From assembly GCF_009914755.1 (NCBI RefSeq), contig NC_060944.1: DNA of 64,000 nt; one strand, given 5' to 3'. The DNA is from the human T2T-CHM13v2.0 reference genome, Homo sapiens. Below, piece after piece: positions 29,934 to 46,909 of the stretch (the first letter of the stretch is position 1; each line of letters begins with the position of its first letter). Under the pieces are notes generated by a model. The model was not told where the DNA came from. It worked only from the letters and a program-made list of their open reading frames with translations, and did not search any database. The position numbers were made by a program, and so were the translations under genes.

Positions 29934-30697
29934 TATGGTATGGGCCTCTTCATGGTGTGGGCTGCCATGGGAAGGGCATGACCTGTAGCAAGGCAGCCCC
30001 TGAAGGAATTGATGTTCTGCTGACCACATTCCCTGCTGCTGCTGGCAGCAAGTCCTTCCTTGAAGAGGAGATCTAGGTGGCATGTCTCCCTGTCCACACA
30101 CTTTCCTAAGAATAAGAAAATATTTCCTGGAAATCATCCATCAGATGTGCCCTCACATCTAAGTATTAGATTACATTCTGTGTCAGAGATTCATGGTTAC
30201 ACATCATAGCCTTTTTCTACTTCTCTAGTAAAAAGAATTCTGATTTTTTGATGGGTACATGATCATCTGGGATAACGGCTGCATTTTTCAGCCTTCCTCT
30301 ACTTGTAGACATGTCAGTAACTTCTGGCTAATCGAATGTAAGTTGAATTTTCATGTGTGACTTAACAGAGGGAGAGAGGGTGTACCCCCCCGTTTTCTTT
30401 TCCTCCTTCCTGCTGGGTAGAATTTGGGTATAATAGCTGGAGCTTGAGCCGCTATCTTGGATTATGAGGTAGAAGCCACATGTTGGGGATGACAGAGCAA
30501 TAGTATAGAACAGCATTAGGTCCCTGATGATCATGGAAATGCATTGCATGCTCTGGATTGCTTATCTTTGGGTTTTTTTTATCTTGGTGGTTAGTCCATT
30601 ACTATTTAGGTTTTTCTGACAGTTGCATTAAAGCCTAATCTTTTTTCTACATCTATATCTATATATGATGTATATCTATATCTATATAGATACATAT

Positions 30698-30829
30698 TCT
30701 TTTTTAAAAATAGATATGAGGGTGTTGCTGTGTTGGCCAGCCTGATCTTGAACTCATGGCCTCAAGCAGTCCTCCTGCCTCAGCCTCCAAACTGCTGTGA
30801 TTTCAGGCAAGAGCCACCATGCCTGGTCC
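30698..30829 (-). mobile_element. Alu monomer (FLAM-like)
   Basis: Antisense left-arm monomer. Confidence 0.75.
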
Positions 30830-31559
30830 ACACCTAATTTTAATTGATACAGATTTCTAATCAGTCAGTGGCAAGGGGCATGGGAAAACATGATTGGCTT
30901 CGACTAACATTTTGGGGTGGAATGGATTTTGGGGAGTAGGGCATGGATACATCTCTATCAGGCAAGTACAGCAGAGGAAGAGAAAGGCAAGAACATCAGG
31001 GAGTTTGCAGGATATGATTCTCGTGATGGATTATGGAGTCTTAACTAGGTATGTGAGAAAATGAAATGTGTGGATGGTAGGTGGTGAACAGTGAAGAAAT
31101 GATAGTTCAATGGATTGGTGGTCTCCATGGGGCCAAAGTCTCATTGGAAAGGGGGAATAAACTGGAGAGATGAGATAGTAGTCAGAGGTCAGGGTGCTTT
31201 TTTTGTGGTAATGTTGTTACTGGTAATAGCAAGGGCCAGAGAAGGGGATGGCTAAAGAGGGGTGGAGGAAAAGATAGTTAATGGTGAGGTTAAGAAATGG
31301 AGAGACTGGATTTTGGATGGAACATCTTAGATGTTGATGCAGATGAGTGGAAGAGAGTGAACGATTTGTTAATATCTTTAGTGCATTAGGAGTAGCTGGG
31401 AGATGACTCAGAAGGTAAGGGAGGCAGATCCAGAAGCGAGCATGTGTTCAGAGTGGCTGATGTTAATGAAAGAGGGAAGAAAAATATCTGGAAACAGCCA
31501 TGATGAAGGAAATAGCGTCCTTCTTAAATATTAAACATTTTTATATAGTAACAGATACT

Positions 31560-31826
31560 TGCTGGTGGCAGTGCTCATGCCTGTAAACCCAGCATTTTGG
31601 GAGGCCAAGATAGGAGGATTGCTTGAGGCCAGAAGTTCAAGCGTGGGCAACATCGTGAGACTCTGTTTCTACAAAAAATAAATTTAAGAAATTTATCGCT
31701 GGGTGTGAGGGCTCAAGCCTGTAATTCTGGTGCTTTGGGAAGCCGAGATGGGAGGATCTTTTGAGGCCAGGAATTTGAGACCAGCGTGGGCAACATAGCG
31801 AGACCTGTCTTTACCAAAAGGAAAAA
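31560..31826 (+). mobile_element. Two tandem Alu left-arm (FLAM-like) monomers
   Basis: Both halves have the short TTGAGGCCAG(G/A)A(G/A)TT...GGGCAACAT left-arm form. Confidence 0.65.
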
Positions 31827-32124
31827 GGATGACATAAAATTAAGATAAGATTTAGGTATGTTTTGTTCATTCCTGTTGGTTTTAATATTTTTCTGTCTTC
31901 TTTTTTAATGTATGCAATAAGTATTTGTTTCATCTAAATTTATGCAATCTGAATATAACTAGTCATTTTCTACTGGTTATAGTGTTTGTTAATGTACCCA
32001 TTATGTTTAATTTGTATTATATTAAGAATTAAGAAATATTAATATATGAAAATATATAAAATATATAAAAATATATGAAATTAATATAGCAGACTTAAGT
32101 TTTCTTTCTTGATTTAAATTACAG

Positions 32125-32208
32125 ACTAACTGGATCTTCTGGGTTTGTGACAGATGGACCTGGAAATTATAAATACAAAACGAAGTGCACGTGGCTCATT
32201 GAAGGACA
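32125..32208 (+). CDS. ATRN: ATRN exon 2 (84 bp), start of CUB domain: LTGSSGFVTDGPGNYKYKTKCTWLIEG(Q)
   Basis: Acceptor ttacag|A at 32124/5, donor CA|gtaagt at 32208/9; phase 2-2. Confidence 0.96.
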
Positions 32209-32406
32209 GTAAGTAGAAATGGCTGACTTAATTTTTGTTTTTTTAGCATAGAAGTCAGTGTGACATTAGTTTTCCCACAAGTAAAATTAACAATCTGTAG
32301 CATAAAGTTCTTAAAACATTACTTGATAACCTTTCATTTGACAAGTGAATTTTATCTTAGCCTTCATTAATTTAAAAGTTTCATGTTGATTTAATGCTGC
32401 AAATGA

Positions 32407-32863
<457 letters not shown>

Positions 32864-33051
32864 TAAGTATCTATTTTTGTTGTGGATAAGAAAATTGTAA
32901 TAACTGTTATTGCCTAAATGATCCCTTCTCTGGACCCACTGTGTCCCTCTGGCTGTTGGCCTTTTTTCTCCTTGTCTTCATGGGAGACTTTTAAAGCAGT
33001 ACTTCTCAGACTTTTTTGGTCTCAGGACCTCTTTACACTTTTAAACTTTGA

Positions 33052-33576
<525 letters not shown>

Positions 33577-34349
33577 TAGCTTAATAAAAGACAGCTGGAT
33601 TGTCATATCTTCTGCATTCACTTTGTTGCAGTATGTTATTGTGGTTGAAGCGTGTCAAGAAGATGAGGCCTCACTTGAATATGAAGTAGGAAAAAAGAGA
33701 TTTTAATAGTACAGTATTTTAAAATTATTGTATATAGTCTTCTTTGATACCATATCAAAACTTAACAAGTAGTAATTTCTTAAAAGTAAATTGCAGTATG
33801 GAATCTGAAACTATGTTAAGGAACTTTTGGTACTTGTTAAATTAAAATCCATTGGTTTTCTTGCACTGAATGGATCTTTTGCCCATCCATATTTTGGTAA
33901 CATGATATATAGGTCATTTGGAAAACAACAGGTCATTGAATTATGCAGATCTTCCATATGTTGATATATTTATTCCATTACATAATATTTTAAAAATCAC
34001 ATTGGTTAGTATCCCCATCAATCTCCTCAAAAAGTTCTAAGTATGGCAGTTAACAAATTTTCCAAAATTCTAATTACTACTTGAAAGCTTGTATTTTATC
34101 TTTGGCAGCAAATACTGTCAGTTGTTTTCTTTGAAGTGGCAGGCTTGCTTTCCTCATTTTTAAGAAAATGTCTGCCAGATATCCAACTCTGAATAACCGT
34201 AGTTTATTGATTGTTCTTTCAAGTAAACATGGTAAATGGTGTTCTAAGAAAAAAGTAGCTAGTTCAGCTAGCAACTTAAACAGTTGCAAAAGTGGTTTTC
34301 ATTGAGAAAACCACTGTGCTTCTATTAAGCAAAAGAAGTGTTTTATATA

Positions 34350-34766
34350 TTTTTTTCTTGTTTTTTTTTTTACATTTTTTTATTTTATTTTTTTATTATA
34401 CTTCAAGTTCTAGGGTACATGTGCACAACGTGCAGGTTTGTTACATATGTATACATGTGCCATGTTGGTGTGCTGCACCCATTAACTCATCATTTACATT
34501 AGGTATATCCCCTAATGCTATCCCTCCCCACTCCCCCCACCCCACGACAAACCCCGGTGTGTGATGTTCCCCTTCCTATGTCCAAGTGTTCTCATTGTCC
34601 TATTCCCACCTATAAGTGAGAACATGTGGTGTTTGGTTTTCTGTCCCTGCAATAGTTTGCTGAGAATGATGGTTTCCAGCTTCATCCATGTCCCTACAAA
34701 GGACATGAACTCATCCTTTTTTATGGCTGCATAGTATTCCATGGTGTATATGTGCCTCATTTTCTT
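34350..34766 (-). mobile_element. L1PA4/5-like 3' end
   Basis: TTATTATACTTCAAGTTCTAGGGTACATG...; ORF 34518..34760 is the ORF2 C-terminus. Confidence 0.88.
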
Positions 34767-34987
34767 TTTTTTATTTTATTTTATTTTATTTTTTTATTAT
34801 TATTTTTTTCATTTCTTTTTTTTATTTTTTAATTTTTTTATTATACTTTAAGTTTTAGGGTACATGTGCACATTGTGCAGGTTAGTTACATATGTATACA
34901 TGTGCCATGCTGGTGCACTGCACCCACTAACTCGTCATCTAGCATTAGGTATATCTCCCAATGCTATCCCTCCCCCCTCCCCCCACC
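34767..34987 (-). mobile_element. Young L1PA2-type 3' end (~150 bp plus long tail)
   Basis: AAGTTTTAGGG...CATTGTGCAGGTTAGTTAC...CACTAACTCGTCATCTAGC: young-L1 diagnostics, with GAG rather than the Ta ACA. Confidence 0.85.
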
Positions 34988-35439
34988 TATTTACTCTCCA
35001 TCTTGTCAGAATATTAAAGAGATGTCTACTAACTGGTGAGGATTTAATAACATTAGAAGTTTTTAACTGCTTAATCAAGATATCCTTAAATGAAACTGGC
35101 AGCTTTTCTTTTTTCTATGAGTGGTTCGTGGTGAAGAATAGCAGTGATCACTAGTACCATTTGCTGCTGCTGTCTTGATTTGTTCTAAGATGCCCACAGT
35201 TTCACCCACCATTTCTCCTTGAACCATTAGTAAATGCCAGCATGGTTATAAAATATATGCTATCTTAGTTTTACTGTGAATATAGTTTTGACCTCCTGGG
35301 ACCTCCCATAAGGGTCTCAGGGCCTGTAGCATTTTGTGGACTTCATTTTGAGAACTGCTGCTCTAAGGAGCTCTGCTGTGTCCTATCAGTTCATTGCCAC
35401 CTGACACCCTCCTCCACTGTTTTTCTGAATGTGCTCTCA

Positions 35440-35990
35440 ATGGTTGTTCCTCCTCAGTGTAAGTGAAAAACTAAGCAACAAACTCTCATTCCCCCTTTTC
35501 CTTATTCCCTACATTTAGCCTGTCAGTAAGTTCTGTCAGTTTTCCCTTTGGAATGTCTCCCCAATCCATCACCAGACTGCTTTTCACCTCCATCTCTACA
35601 GCTGGGAGACCCACCATCGTCTCTCTCCTGGGCCACTTAATAGCCTTGAAATTGGCCTCCTGAGTTCTGCTTTTGCCCCTTGCCCACCTCCCACTTCTCA
35701 TCTCTTAAGGTTTTCTCTGTTTGCTGTGTTTCAGATATGCTGATTTTCTTCATGTTGCTTGGACACATCAGCCTCTTTCTCCCTTAAGACTGTGCTGTTC
35801 CCTCCGTCTGAAACGTTTTTCCCAGCACTTTTCACATGGCTTGTCTCTTGTCATTCTCACATCTCCAAAGCTTACTGGCCTATCTCCCTACGACTTTTTG
35901 CACTGCCACATCACCTTCTTTTAATTTCTTCACAGTACTCATCACCATCTGAGTTTACTTGTTTATGTATTTATTTAGTTGTCAACCTAG
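35440..35990 (+). mobile_element. L2 fragment
   Basis: Pyrimidine-rich CCACCATCGTCTCTCTCCTGGG...AATAGCCT...GGCCTCCTG motifs. Confidence 0.55.
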
Positions 35991-37091
35991 AGATGTTAGA
36001 AAAGTGTGGGGTATAGGAAAGTTCTAAACTGGAGAAATAGAATTAGGCATCAGCAGGATATAATGATGTTGATATTCCCAGAGCTTTCTGAGTGGAGTGT
36101 TGGGCTGAAGCCAGGCTAGAGAGTGAAGGGGTGAGTGAGATAGAGTCACTGGAGGAAGCAAAGTCTTCTGCGAAGTTTTACCTTTTTAGGAGGAGAAAGG
36201 GTAGGGCAGGTATTTGGTAGAGGGAGAGTTGGGATTTGAGGCTTTTTGTTTTTATTTTTGTAAAATATGTGATACTTAAGCAGATTTGAATGTGGATGCA
36301 AAAGTTCCAGATGAGAGGGAGATGTCAAATACTTGAGAAACAGAAAGAGAAACAGAAAGAGAATTTTGGAAAATGGGAATTTTAGGGTTTTTTTATCTGG
36401 TTGCTGAGCATAAGCAGGGAGGTGGGACTGGGTGGTTTGAAATAGTCGTTGAGAGTAGCAGTTGTGGAGAGGGAGAGAGAATTGGTAGGACTGCTGGCAG
36501 AATCTAAGTGCCATTTGCAGTTGGAGAGCAGAGACCATTGCTGGAACCAGTCTACCCAGTGGTGTGGTATAGAAGTTTGGCTTTCTTCAATACAGCTTAG
36601 TTTTGTTTTTTTTTTCCCTCCACCGCCCCCTCCCACTTTTTTTTTCCTGGTTCAATCTTAGAGCAGATAACTGGTTTCCTGTACAACAGAGCTTTTGCCA
36701 GCCAGTGTCCTGAAAAATTAGAGGGGCTGGCAAATTTAGAGGATTGGCAGGCATGTTTATGAAATGACGTAGTGTGGAATCTGAAGTTGAATGAGGAAGT
36801 GCAGAAATGGAAGGGCTAATGGGTTGGTTCAGAAGCTGTTAAAGAGTGGCCACTGAATGGACTGTAAGGCCCAGAATCATGGACCACATCAGTTTTGTTT
36901 CCCATTGCATGTTTAGTAGTCTCTTGTACTTGGAGAATACTAAATAAATCTTTGACAAATGAAGGAATACTGGTGGGGCAGTTGTTAGACTGTGTTACAT
37001 ATTATTAATTTAAAAATCTGAATTTTTATATTCTCAAATGTCTGATAGTTGTGATAACTTTATTATAAATTACTTTTTTTATTCTTTTCAG

Positions 37092-37205
37092 GCCAAATAG
37101 AATAATGAGACTTCGTTTCAATCATTTTGCTACAGAGTGTAGTTGGGACCATTTATATGTTTATGATGGGGACTCAATTTATGCACCGCTAGTTGCTGCA
37201 TTTAG
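37092..37205 (+). CDS. ATRN: ATRN exon 3 (114 bp), CUB domain: PNRIMRLRFNHFATECSWDHLYVYDGDSIYAPLVAAF(S)
   Basis: Acceptor ttcttttcag|G, donor AG|gtaagc; frame continuous with exon 2. Confidence 0.96.
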
Positions 37206-37920
37206 GTAAGCTCAGTCTTACAAGCCTTCTTTCATCGTTTGATTTCTAAATTTAAACATATCTTCTGGATTGCATTCTTACTGGGTTCACCTTTATTATC
37301 ACTTAACACATTTATTTAATGGAAAGAATACTAGTTCTTCAGTCCCATCACTTGTGTGTTAGTGCTAACTTGGTTTCTGTAGCCCTGGGTAAGTTTCTAG
37401 GCATAGTACTTGACTTCTCTTTTCAGTGCCCTGATCTGTAAAATTGTGATAGTTCTATTAAGTTCACCTGCTCCTTGTGGTGGTGGTGAAGTTTATCATT
37501 ACAAAATGTTTTGAGAGTGATATATTGAATGATACTATTTCTGTGAAAAATTTAAATCAGGAATAATATCCATCATGTTCCTTGTGTATTGCCCACTGCA
37601 TAGGCCTTCAGGAGTTATTTGTTGAATTCAAATATAATTGTGTGCGTGTGTGTGTGTGTATGTGCATCATGAGTGAGGGAAACTTTTTGGAACAGTACAT
37701 ATAAAATGAACAGTGGCTACCTGTGGAGAAATGAGGAACATACTTATTATATATATTTTTTTTCAATAAGTACATTTACATTAGTAGTTAAACAGAAGCA
37801 GTTTAACACCAAATATATGGACTGTTCTGAATTGTTTGGGTGTTTTACTTTTGATTAGCAGCAAGTAGCTGTGTTGTTTATTATGTTTTTGGCCACATTG
37901 GAATTCAAAACTATCTCTAG

Positions 37921-38246
<326 letters not shown>

Positions 38247-38263
38247 TAGAGGATTTTAAGATA

Positions 38264-38607
38264 CAGTCATGTGTCACTTAGCAGCAGGAATAGGTTTTGA
38301 GAAATGTGTTATTAGATGATTTCATCATTATGTAAACATTATAGGGTATATTCATACAAATAGATGGTATAGCCTACTGTACACCCTGCTTATATGGTAC
38401 AGCCTATTGTACCTAGGCCACAAATCTGTACAGCATCTTACTGTACTGAATACTGTAGGTAATTGTAACCCAATGGTAAGTATTTGTATATCTAAACATA
38501 TCTATACATGGAAAGGTACAGAAAAAATACAGTATTACAATCTCATGCAACCTCTGTCATATATGTGGTCCATTGTTGACCATATGTCATTATGTGGTGT
38601 ATGACTG
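38264..38607. mobile_element. Tigger3a/MER7A-like Tc1-mariner MITE
   Basis: TA|CAGTCATG...ATGACTG|TA termini; AGATGGTATAGCCTACT internal motif. Confidence 0.82.
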
Positions 38608-39341
38608 TATATTTTCCTAAAATGCATTTCCCCTTAGGAAACCATAGTTTTCAGTTTTTCACCTGCAACTGGCTTTCTAAATTTCTTTGTCTCAAACATT
38701 TTATTTCCTTTACTTTAAAAAGAAATCAGTTCAACAAATATTTTTTGTGTTTCTCACATGGGGCTCATCTGGCTGATGTCCCATGTGGATGAGGGAGGTA
38801 ACAGAGAGCAAACAGTACACAAGGACAGGAGATCAGGCGACTGTTGTGCCCTCGTGTTTTTCTACCCGCTTTGGCTTAGAAATCTCTCTGACATATCTTT
38901 GAACTGAGAACCAAGGCCATTTTCTGTGTTTAGAGGTTCACTTACAAGGCCAAAGAGCAGGGTGGATGGCTGTGCTGAGCATTTAAAATGGCATTGGCCA
39001 AGTGTTGGAGTGTATATGTTTATGCCAGCATTTGAAACATAACTTGTAGCAAAAAGCACCCCAGACCTTAATACAAGCCCCAAAACTAAGTGTGATGTTA
39101 TCATAATAGTACTTGTTGGGGATTCACTTGTTACTGTGTTTGTTAATCAGAATTCACAGAGCTCTTGTTGTATGCCAGGCACTTTGAATCAGCTTATCAG
39201 GAGCCTTGTAGGAACATGAGCCAAGCAGGTATACATCACTCTGTGGTTCACCTGGACTGTGTATTTGATAAACAGTGGTAGCGGTGGTAGAGCAGAGAGA
39301 GTGGTTGAGAAAATTCTTCAAAAGAACATTATTCCTTTTAG

Positions 39342-39845
<504 letters not shown>

Positions 39846-39929
39846 TGATCTTGTCAGTACTTATTCCTTCTGCATTTCAAGGGATTCTGGTGTATATAAC
39901 CAGTGAAAGCCTGATGATGGTTAACCCTT

Positions 39930-40220
39930 CATTTACATCTCCAATCAAATGTCACCTCTTCTAAGAGGCCTTCCTTTCCCCCTTTCTAAAGTAGCACCTT
40001 CTGTTCTTTCCCTCTGCTCTCTTTCCCTTCATAGCATTTGTCTCTACCTGGCATTACGTATACACACACCTGTGTGGGGAGTATCTGGGCTTATCTGTTG
40101 TTTTTCTAATGTGAACTACATGAAGGCAGGGACATAGTCTTATTCACTGTTGTATTCCTGGTACCTAGAACAGTGACTCACATGTAGTAAGTGCTTAGTA
40201 AATATTTGTTAGTTGAATAC
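39930..40220 (+). mobile_element. L2 3' end
   Basis: AAATGTCACCTCTTC...GAAGGCAGGGAC...CCTAGAACAGTG...AAATATTTGTT. Confidence 0.75.
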
Positions 40221-40299
40221 ATAGTAGAAAATGCATCACTGTTTTGTAACTCCTGGAGCACCAGAGTTTCAGAGTTCCTAGAGTTCTGTCTTCATATTA

Positions 40300-40942
<643 letters not shown>

Positions 40943-41366
40943 AGGAACGAAAATCCCTTCCCCTCCTCATTTTCATTCCTTGCTTATGGATTCTTCCAGC
41001 CATTTTTGTATGCATTTATATAGGTATGTGTAAGTGTACACATGTACGGTCCATTGTTTTGCAGCTTGCTTCTCCCCCATGCCCTTATCAGAATGCCTGT
41101 TGAGCTTCTTGTTAGTCCCGCAGACCTAGGTAATATGCAGTGACTCATGCAGTCAGATTTCTGGGCATGAGCATTTAGATGGGTTTCAACCTGTTGCCAT
41201 CTGAACAGTGCTGTGGTTCGCATTCTTGTATATTGGTCATCGTGTACATGAGCAAGTATTTCTTCTACAAAGAAATAGAATTGCTAGGTCAGAGTGAATG
41301 AGCATGAGGTTGTGTGTCTGGGACAGATTGCGTAGGGCCTGGCAAGGATATAGGCTTTTACCAAAT

Positions 41367-41393
41367 GTGGTGGTGGTGGTGGTGGTGGTGGTG
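41367..41393. repeat. (GGT)n microsatellite, about 8 units
   Basis: Direct read. Confidence 0.95.
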
Positions 41394-41932
41394 AATCAAT
41401 AATGGGGCAAAAATCATGGACATATGAAGAAATGCAACAGCAGGTAGACATAAGAAAAACAATTAACCTCAGGAGTAAAAAGAACTCAGAACCACAATTT
41501 AAAAATTGCTTTTTACTTATTAAATTAACAAAATTAAAATAGAACTAGTAGTCCTTGCTGTTGGCAGAGTGAAGTGGGATGGACCCTTCATTCTGTATTG
41601 ATACGATTTCAAATCACATATCTCTTCTGGAAAGCAAGTTGGTATTATGGCTCTAGAGTCTTAAAGGCATCATTTAGACCCTTTTACTCAGTAAGGTTTT
41701 TTTTTTTTTTTTTACCAGTCACACAACAAACATTTAGAATCTGTCATGTGCTGGGTTGTGAGTGAGGTCTTAAGAAGAACCTAGGGAGCTTTTAATGATA
41801 TAGAAAATGCGTTAAGTTTTATTTGTAAAATGGAATATACAATGTAAATAACATCAATTAGGCTAAGAAAATGCATCAGAATACTAACAGTGTTGGAGTT
41901 ATGGGTGTTTGTTTAGCTTCTTCGTATTCTTA

Positions 41933-42250
<318 letters not shown>

Positions 42251-42631
42251 ACAACAAAAACCTCATGTCTTTCAGCAATATATGTGTGGTATTCATCACT
42301 CATAAAATTTGTTACTTTATGTGATTGTGGAGGTTTATTTTTTCAAAGAAGCAGTATAAAAAGTTTTATAAGAAAAAGAATAGGGCCATTGATTTCAAAT
42401 CTCATTAGAAATACAACTCAGAATAAAGGAAGCCTAGCAAAAGATTCAGATCTGTTCCTCAAGGATCCAGAACTGATAGGGTAGCACTGTGTGTTTATCA
42501 CAGGAATTTGCCTGTCTTCCTGGATGTGGTTTTTAAATTTTAAGGACGGATTTGTTTTTAATTTCTGTCTGCTACAATTTGACATGTCTGTGCTTGTGCT
42601 TCCCTCTATAAGAAGTGTGTTTTCATTTCAG

Positions 42632-42760
42632 TGGCCTCATTGTTCCTGAGAGAGATGGCAATGAGACTGTCCCTGAGGTTGTTGCCACATCAGGTTATGC
42701 CTTGCTGCATTTTTTTAGTGATGCTGCTTATAATTTGACTGGATTTAATATTACTTACAG
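42632..42760 (+). CDS. ATRN: ATRN exon 4 (129 bp), end of CUB domain: GLIVPERDGNETVPEVVATSGYALLHFFSDAAYNLTGFNITY(S)
   Basis: Acceptor ttttcatttcag|T, donor AG|gtaaga; CUB C-terminal FxSD...GF motif. Confidence 0.96.
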
Positions 42761-42819
42761 GTAAGATACTTAAGTCTAGTATTTGTGATTTCATTCAGGA
42801 GACTATCTACTATGTTTTA

Positions 42820-43020
42820 ACAACAATAATGGCTAACATAGATTGAGAGCCAGGCATAGCGTCAGGCAGTTTACATGGATTTTCTCATTTAAAATTCTTC
42901 CATAAATTCAGTGAGGTCTGGGCTCTGTTTTTCTGCTTATTTATAATTGAGGAAACTGGCAGGAAAAGGTTAGTAGATTGTCAAAGTAACTGGTGGGACC
43001 ACAATTTAAACCCAGGTGTT
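42820..43020. mobile_element. MIR fragment
   Basis: AATAATGGCTAACAT...TGAGGAAACTG...TTTAAACCCAGG core motifs. Confidence 0.6.
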
Positions 43021-43153
43021 GATGCTGTTGAACTTCTAGAAGAGAGGGACTTTTCTGCTAATGGACAAAAACGTTGGAATTTTACAAAGTACAGCTCCAC
43101 AAATATTAGTAGTTGTCATGTACTCGATAGTAGAAGAAATCTATACTCATTAA

Positions 43154-43560
<407 letters not shown>

Positions 43561-44153
43561 ATAGTTCAATTCTTACATTAAGTTAAACTAGCCTGCCTTC
43601 TTCCATCTGAAATGAGTAGATAAAATTACTAAGGAATTTTAAATATACCAATCTGGGCAGTAACCTTAAATTCTATTAAATACAAATTTTCAGAGAGTGT
43701 ACAGAGGAATATGTACCATGAGGATGGTAGTTTATTGTTGGCAGTTTGTTTTATTCTTTTCCTTCCCAGACTTCCAAGCATGAATTCAGCAACTCTGTAA
43801 AGCTCATCATTAGGAGGCTACCAAGAAGAATAGGATAGTCCTCCCACCCATGAGGAGCTAACAGTTCTGCACAAATCTCCTACCTCCTTTAATTTCTTTG
43901 ACTTTATGAGTTATTTATTCTTATCCTCTTATTATGAGAATCCAGCAGGGTTGATTTGATTTCATTACTTGTACCTCGGGCTCTAGCTATGCAGTGTTGA
44001 GCAAACCCATTTGGACTGAATCCTTAAGTACTGCAGTTACACTTGTGAATGAACTGAGACAGTGAGATTCTTAAACTTGTGTGGGAGGAAGTTATGCTAA
44101 GTTAATGGAAGCGTTGCGTTGTGTTAATGTAATTTTCCCTGCTATTTTTACAG

Positions 44154-44359
44154 TTTTGATATGTGTCCAAATAACTGCTCAGGCCGAGGAGAGTGTAAGA
44201 TCAGTAATAGCAGCGATACTGTTGAATGTGAATGTTCTGAAAACTGGAAAGGTGAAGCATGTGACATTCCTCACTGTACAGACAACTGTGGTTTTCCTCA
44301 TCGAGGCATCTGCAATTCAAGTGATGTCAGAGGATGCTCCTGCTTCTCAGACTGGCAGG
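44154..44359 (+). CDS. ATRN: ATRN exon 5 (206 bp), EGF-like repeats: FDMCPNNCSGRGECKISNSSDTVECECSENWKGEACDIPHCTDNCGFPHRGICNSSDVRGCSCFSDWQ(G)
   Basis: Acceptor ctatttttacag|T, donor CAGG|gtagga; EGF cysteine spacing; overlaps ORF 44161..44400. Confidence 0.96.
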
Positions 44360-45097
44360 GTAGGAGCTTCTTTCATTTTTATTTTTTCTTCCATTTATAG
44401 AACATTCCCACTAAATAAATTATAGATTGACTTTATTCTTAGCACCTATATAATTTATATTAATCAAATACGAGGTAGCATTTAAGCTTGAAACATCCCT
44501 CTATCTAGCTGCTTATGAATTTCGGTTTCATACATGTGTGGTCATGGTCTTTAGAATTATGGAGGGTTGGCCATTTTTTGCATCCTGTTTGTGAAAGTTG
44601 GAGAACTTGGACTCAGTCATAAAAGGATGTAGCAGAGAGCCAAGCTGGGAGATGGGACAAGAGCTGACAATAATGATATTTCCTCAGAAACACACTCTAA
44701 GTTCAGAGAAAATTGGTGTCAGTTATACATTAGAATCTTAAAGGAGTTAGCTAATTATTTCTACAGAAATAATTAAAGAAGCTTTAGGGAATTATTTAAG
44801 GGGTGAGTGATAATAACTGTTATTAATTTGGTGATTTTTCTTGTAAACTTACCCCTTCCTCAGAACCTTTTTACTTTGAAAGGAAATATGCTGGTTTAAA
44901 TACCTTAGTTTGTTGGGTTTGGCTGACATTTTAGAGTTAATAATTGAAGAATTTCAGTATCTACCATTGTGCAAATATTGCAGCAGAAGCCAAACCTCCC
45001 AAGAATGGAGTCTGTTTCTTCAATTTGTTTAAGTTTTTTGATTTACCAGAAGATGGATAGTTTGTATGATTGCTCCCGGGTCTAGTTATCAAACTTA

Positions 45098-45713
<616 letters not shown>

Positions 45714-46034
45714 TATATTTTATCCTTAAGATTTTTCATGTGAGTTAATTATTTATTTATCTGTGCTTTCTCCTGAGAGTTGCTTAAGCAGGTATTTCAT
45801 TACCAAAAAAACCCTAACCTGGATATAGTCAAGTCATCATTAGAAAGTATGTGATTTACCCTTGGTCAATACCCTGAATAAATTAAAATAACAAATTAAA
45901 GGATTTGTCTGATATTTAAATGCTAAAGGAAAGACTATTATTTAAATATTTGTTACATTTAGATAATTAAAACTTGAAATGCAGTAAGCTTTAAAGCTGT
46001 CTTTTGTGAAGCTAATTCATTATGTTTTTATTAG

Positions 46035-46203
46035 GTCCTGGATGTTCAGTTCCTGTACCAGCTAACCAGTCATTTTGGACTCGAGAGGAATATTCTAACT
46101 TAAAGCTCCCCAGAGCATCTCATAAAGCTGTGGTCAATGGAAACATTATGTGGGTTGTTGGAGGATATATGTTCAACCACTCAGATTATAACATGGTTCT
46201 AGC
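46035..46203 (+). CDS. ATRN: ATRN exon 6 (169 bp), end of EGF and first kelch repeat: PGCSVPVPANQSFWTREEYSNLKLPRASHKAVVNGNIMWVVGGYMFNHSDYNMVL(A)
   Basis: Acceptor ttttattag|GT, donor GC|gtaagt; kelch R-x-x-H...VGG motif; ORF 46022..46207. Confidence 0.96.
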
Positions 46204-46909
46204 GTAAGTCGTTTTAAACATTTTTGCAAGAAGCTTAGTTTTTTATTTTGAAAATTTATAAAGCACAGATAAGCAAAAATAAATCACCAGTCATTCTACT
46301 ACCTAAAGAAAATCCCTGTTAATATTTTGGTAGTAGTCTTTCAAAGTGTTTTGACATATGTTGAGTTTTTAAAATTGAATGCTACAAAAAATTCATTGTC
46401 ATGATAAGCATTCACCTCTTTTCAAATACTGTCTCTGATGTTTTGCTTTAAGTATATGTAGTAAGTTCTATATAAGTAGGGGATTATTTTATCTTTTAAT
46501 TTAATTAATAGTTCCAAGGTCAAATGGTTTGAATTTATAGTTTGCTAGTGGAAATTATACCATTGTCTACTATGTCCCAGGCTTCAAGGTCTATTTGCTA
46601 ATCTCGTGCTGCTCATTTTGAAGGGAGAATATGTGTTGTCATAGTGGAATTAGCTATGGAGGTGGACTTGTAGAAAAAAATTTATAAATATTTAATCTTG
46701 CTGATTTTATTACCTGGAACTTTTTTCTAGGCATTTTCTATTAATGAAGATTGTCAAAAAACCCAGCATCTGTTCATTAAGGGATTCTGGAAATATGGCA
46801 GTGGTGGCCTAGTTTCTGCATCCCCCCAAACATAGTCATTAAAACACATCACACAACTAGTCTAGCAAAATCAGAGAAACATGAGCAACATCTATAATAA
46901 AACTTGGTC

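Noticed and set aside
34077-34289. Domesticated hAT transposase gene
   Set aside because: Only a 70-aa degenerate fragment inside a Charlie1 fossil interrupted by Alu and L1 insertions.
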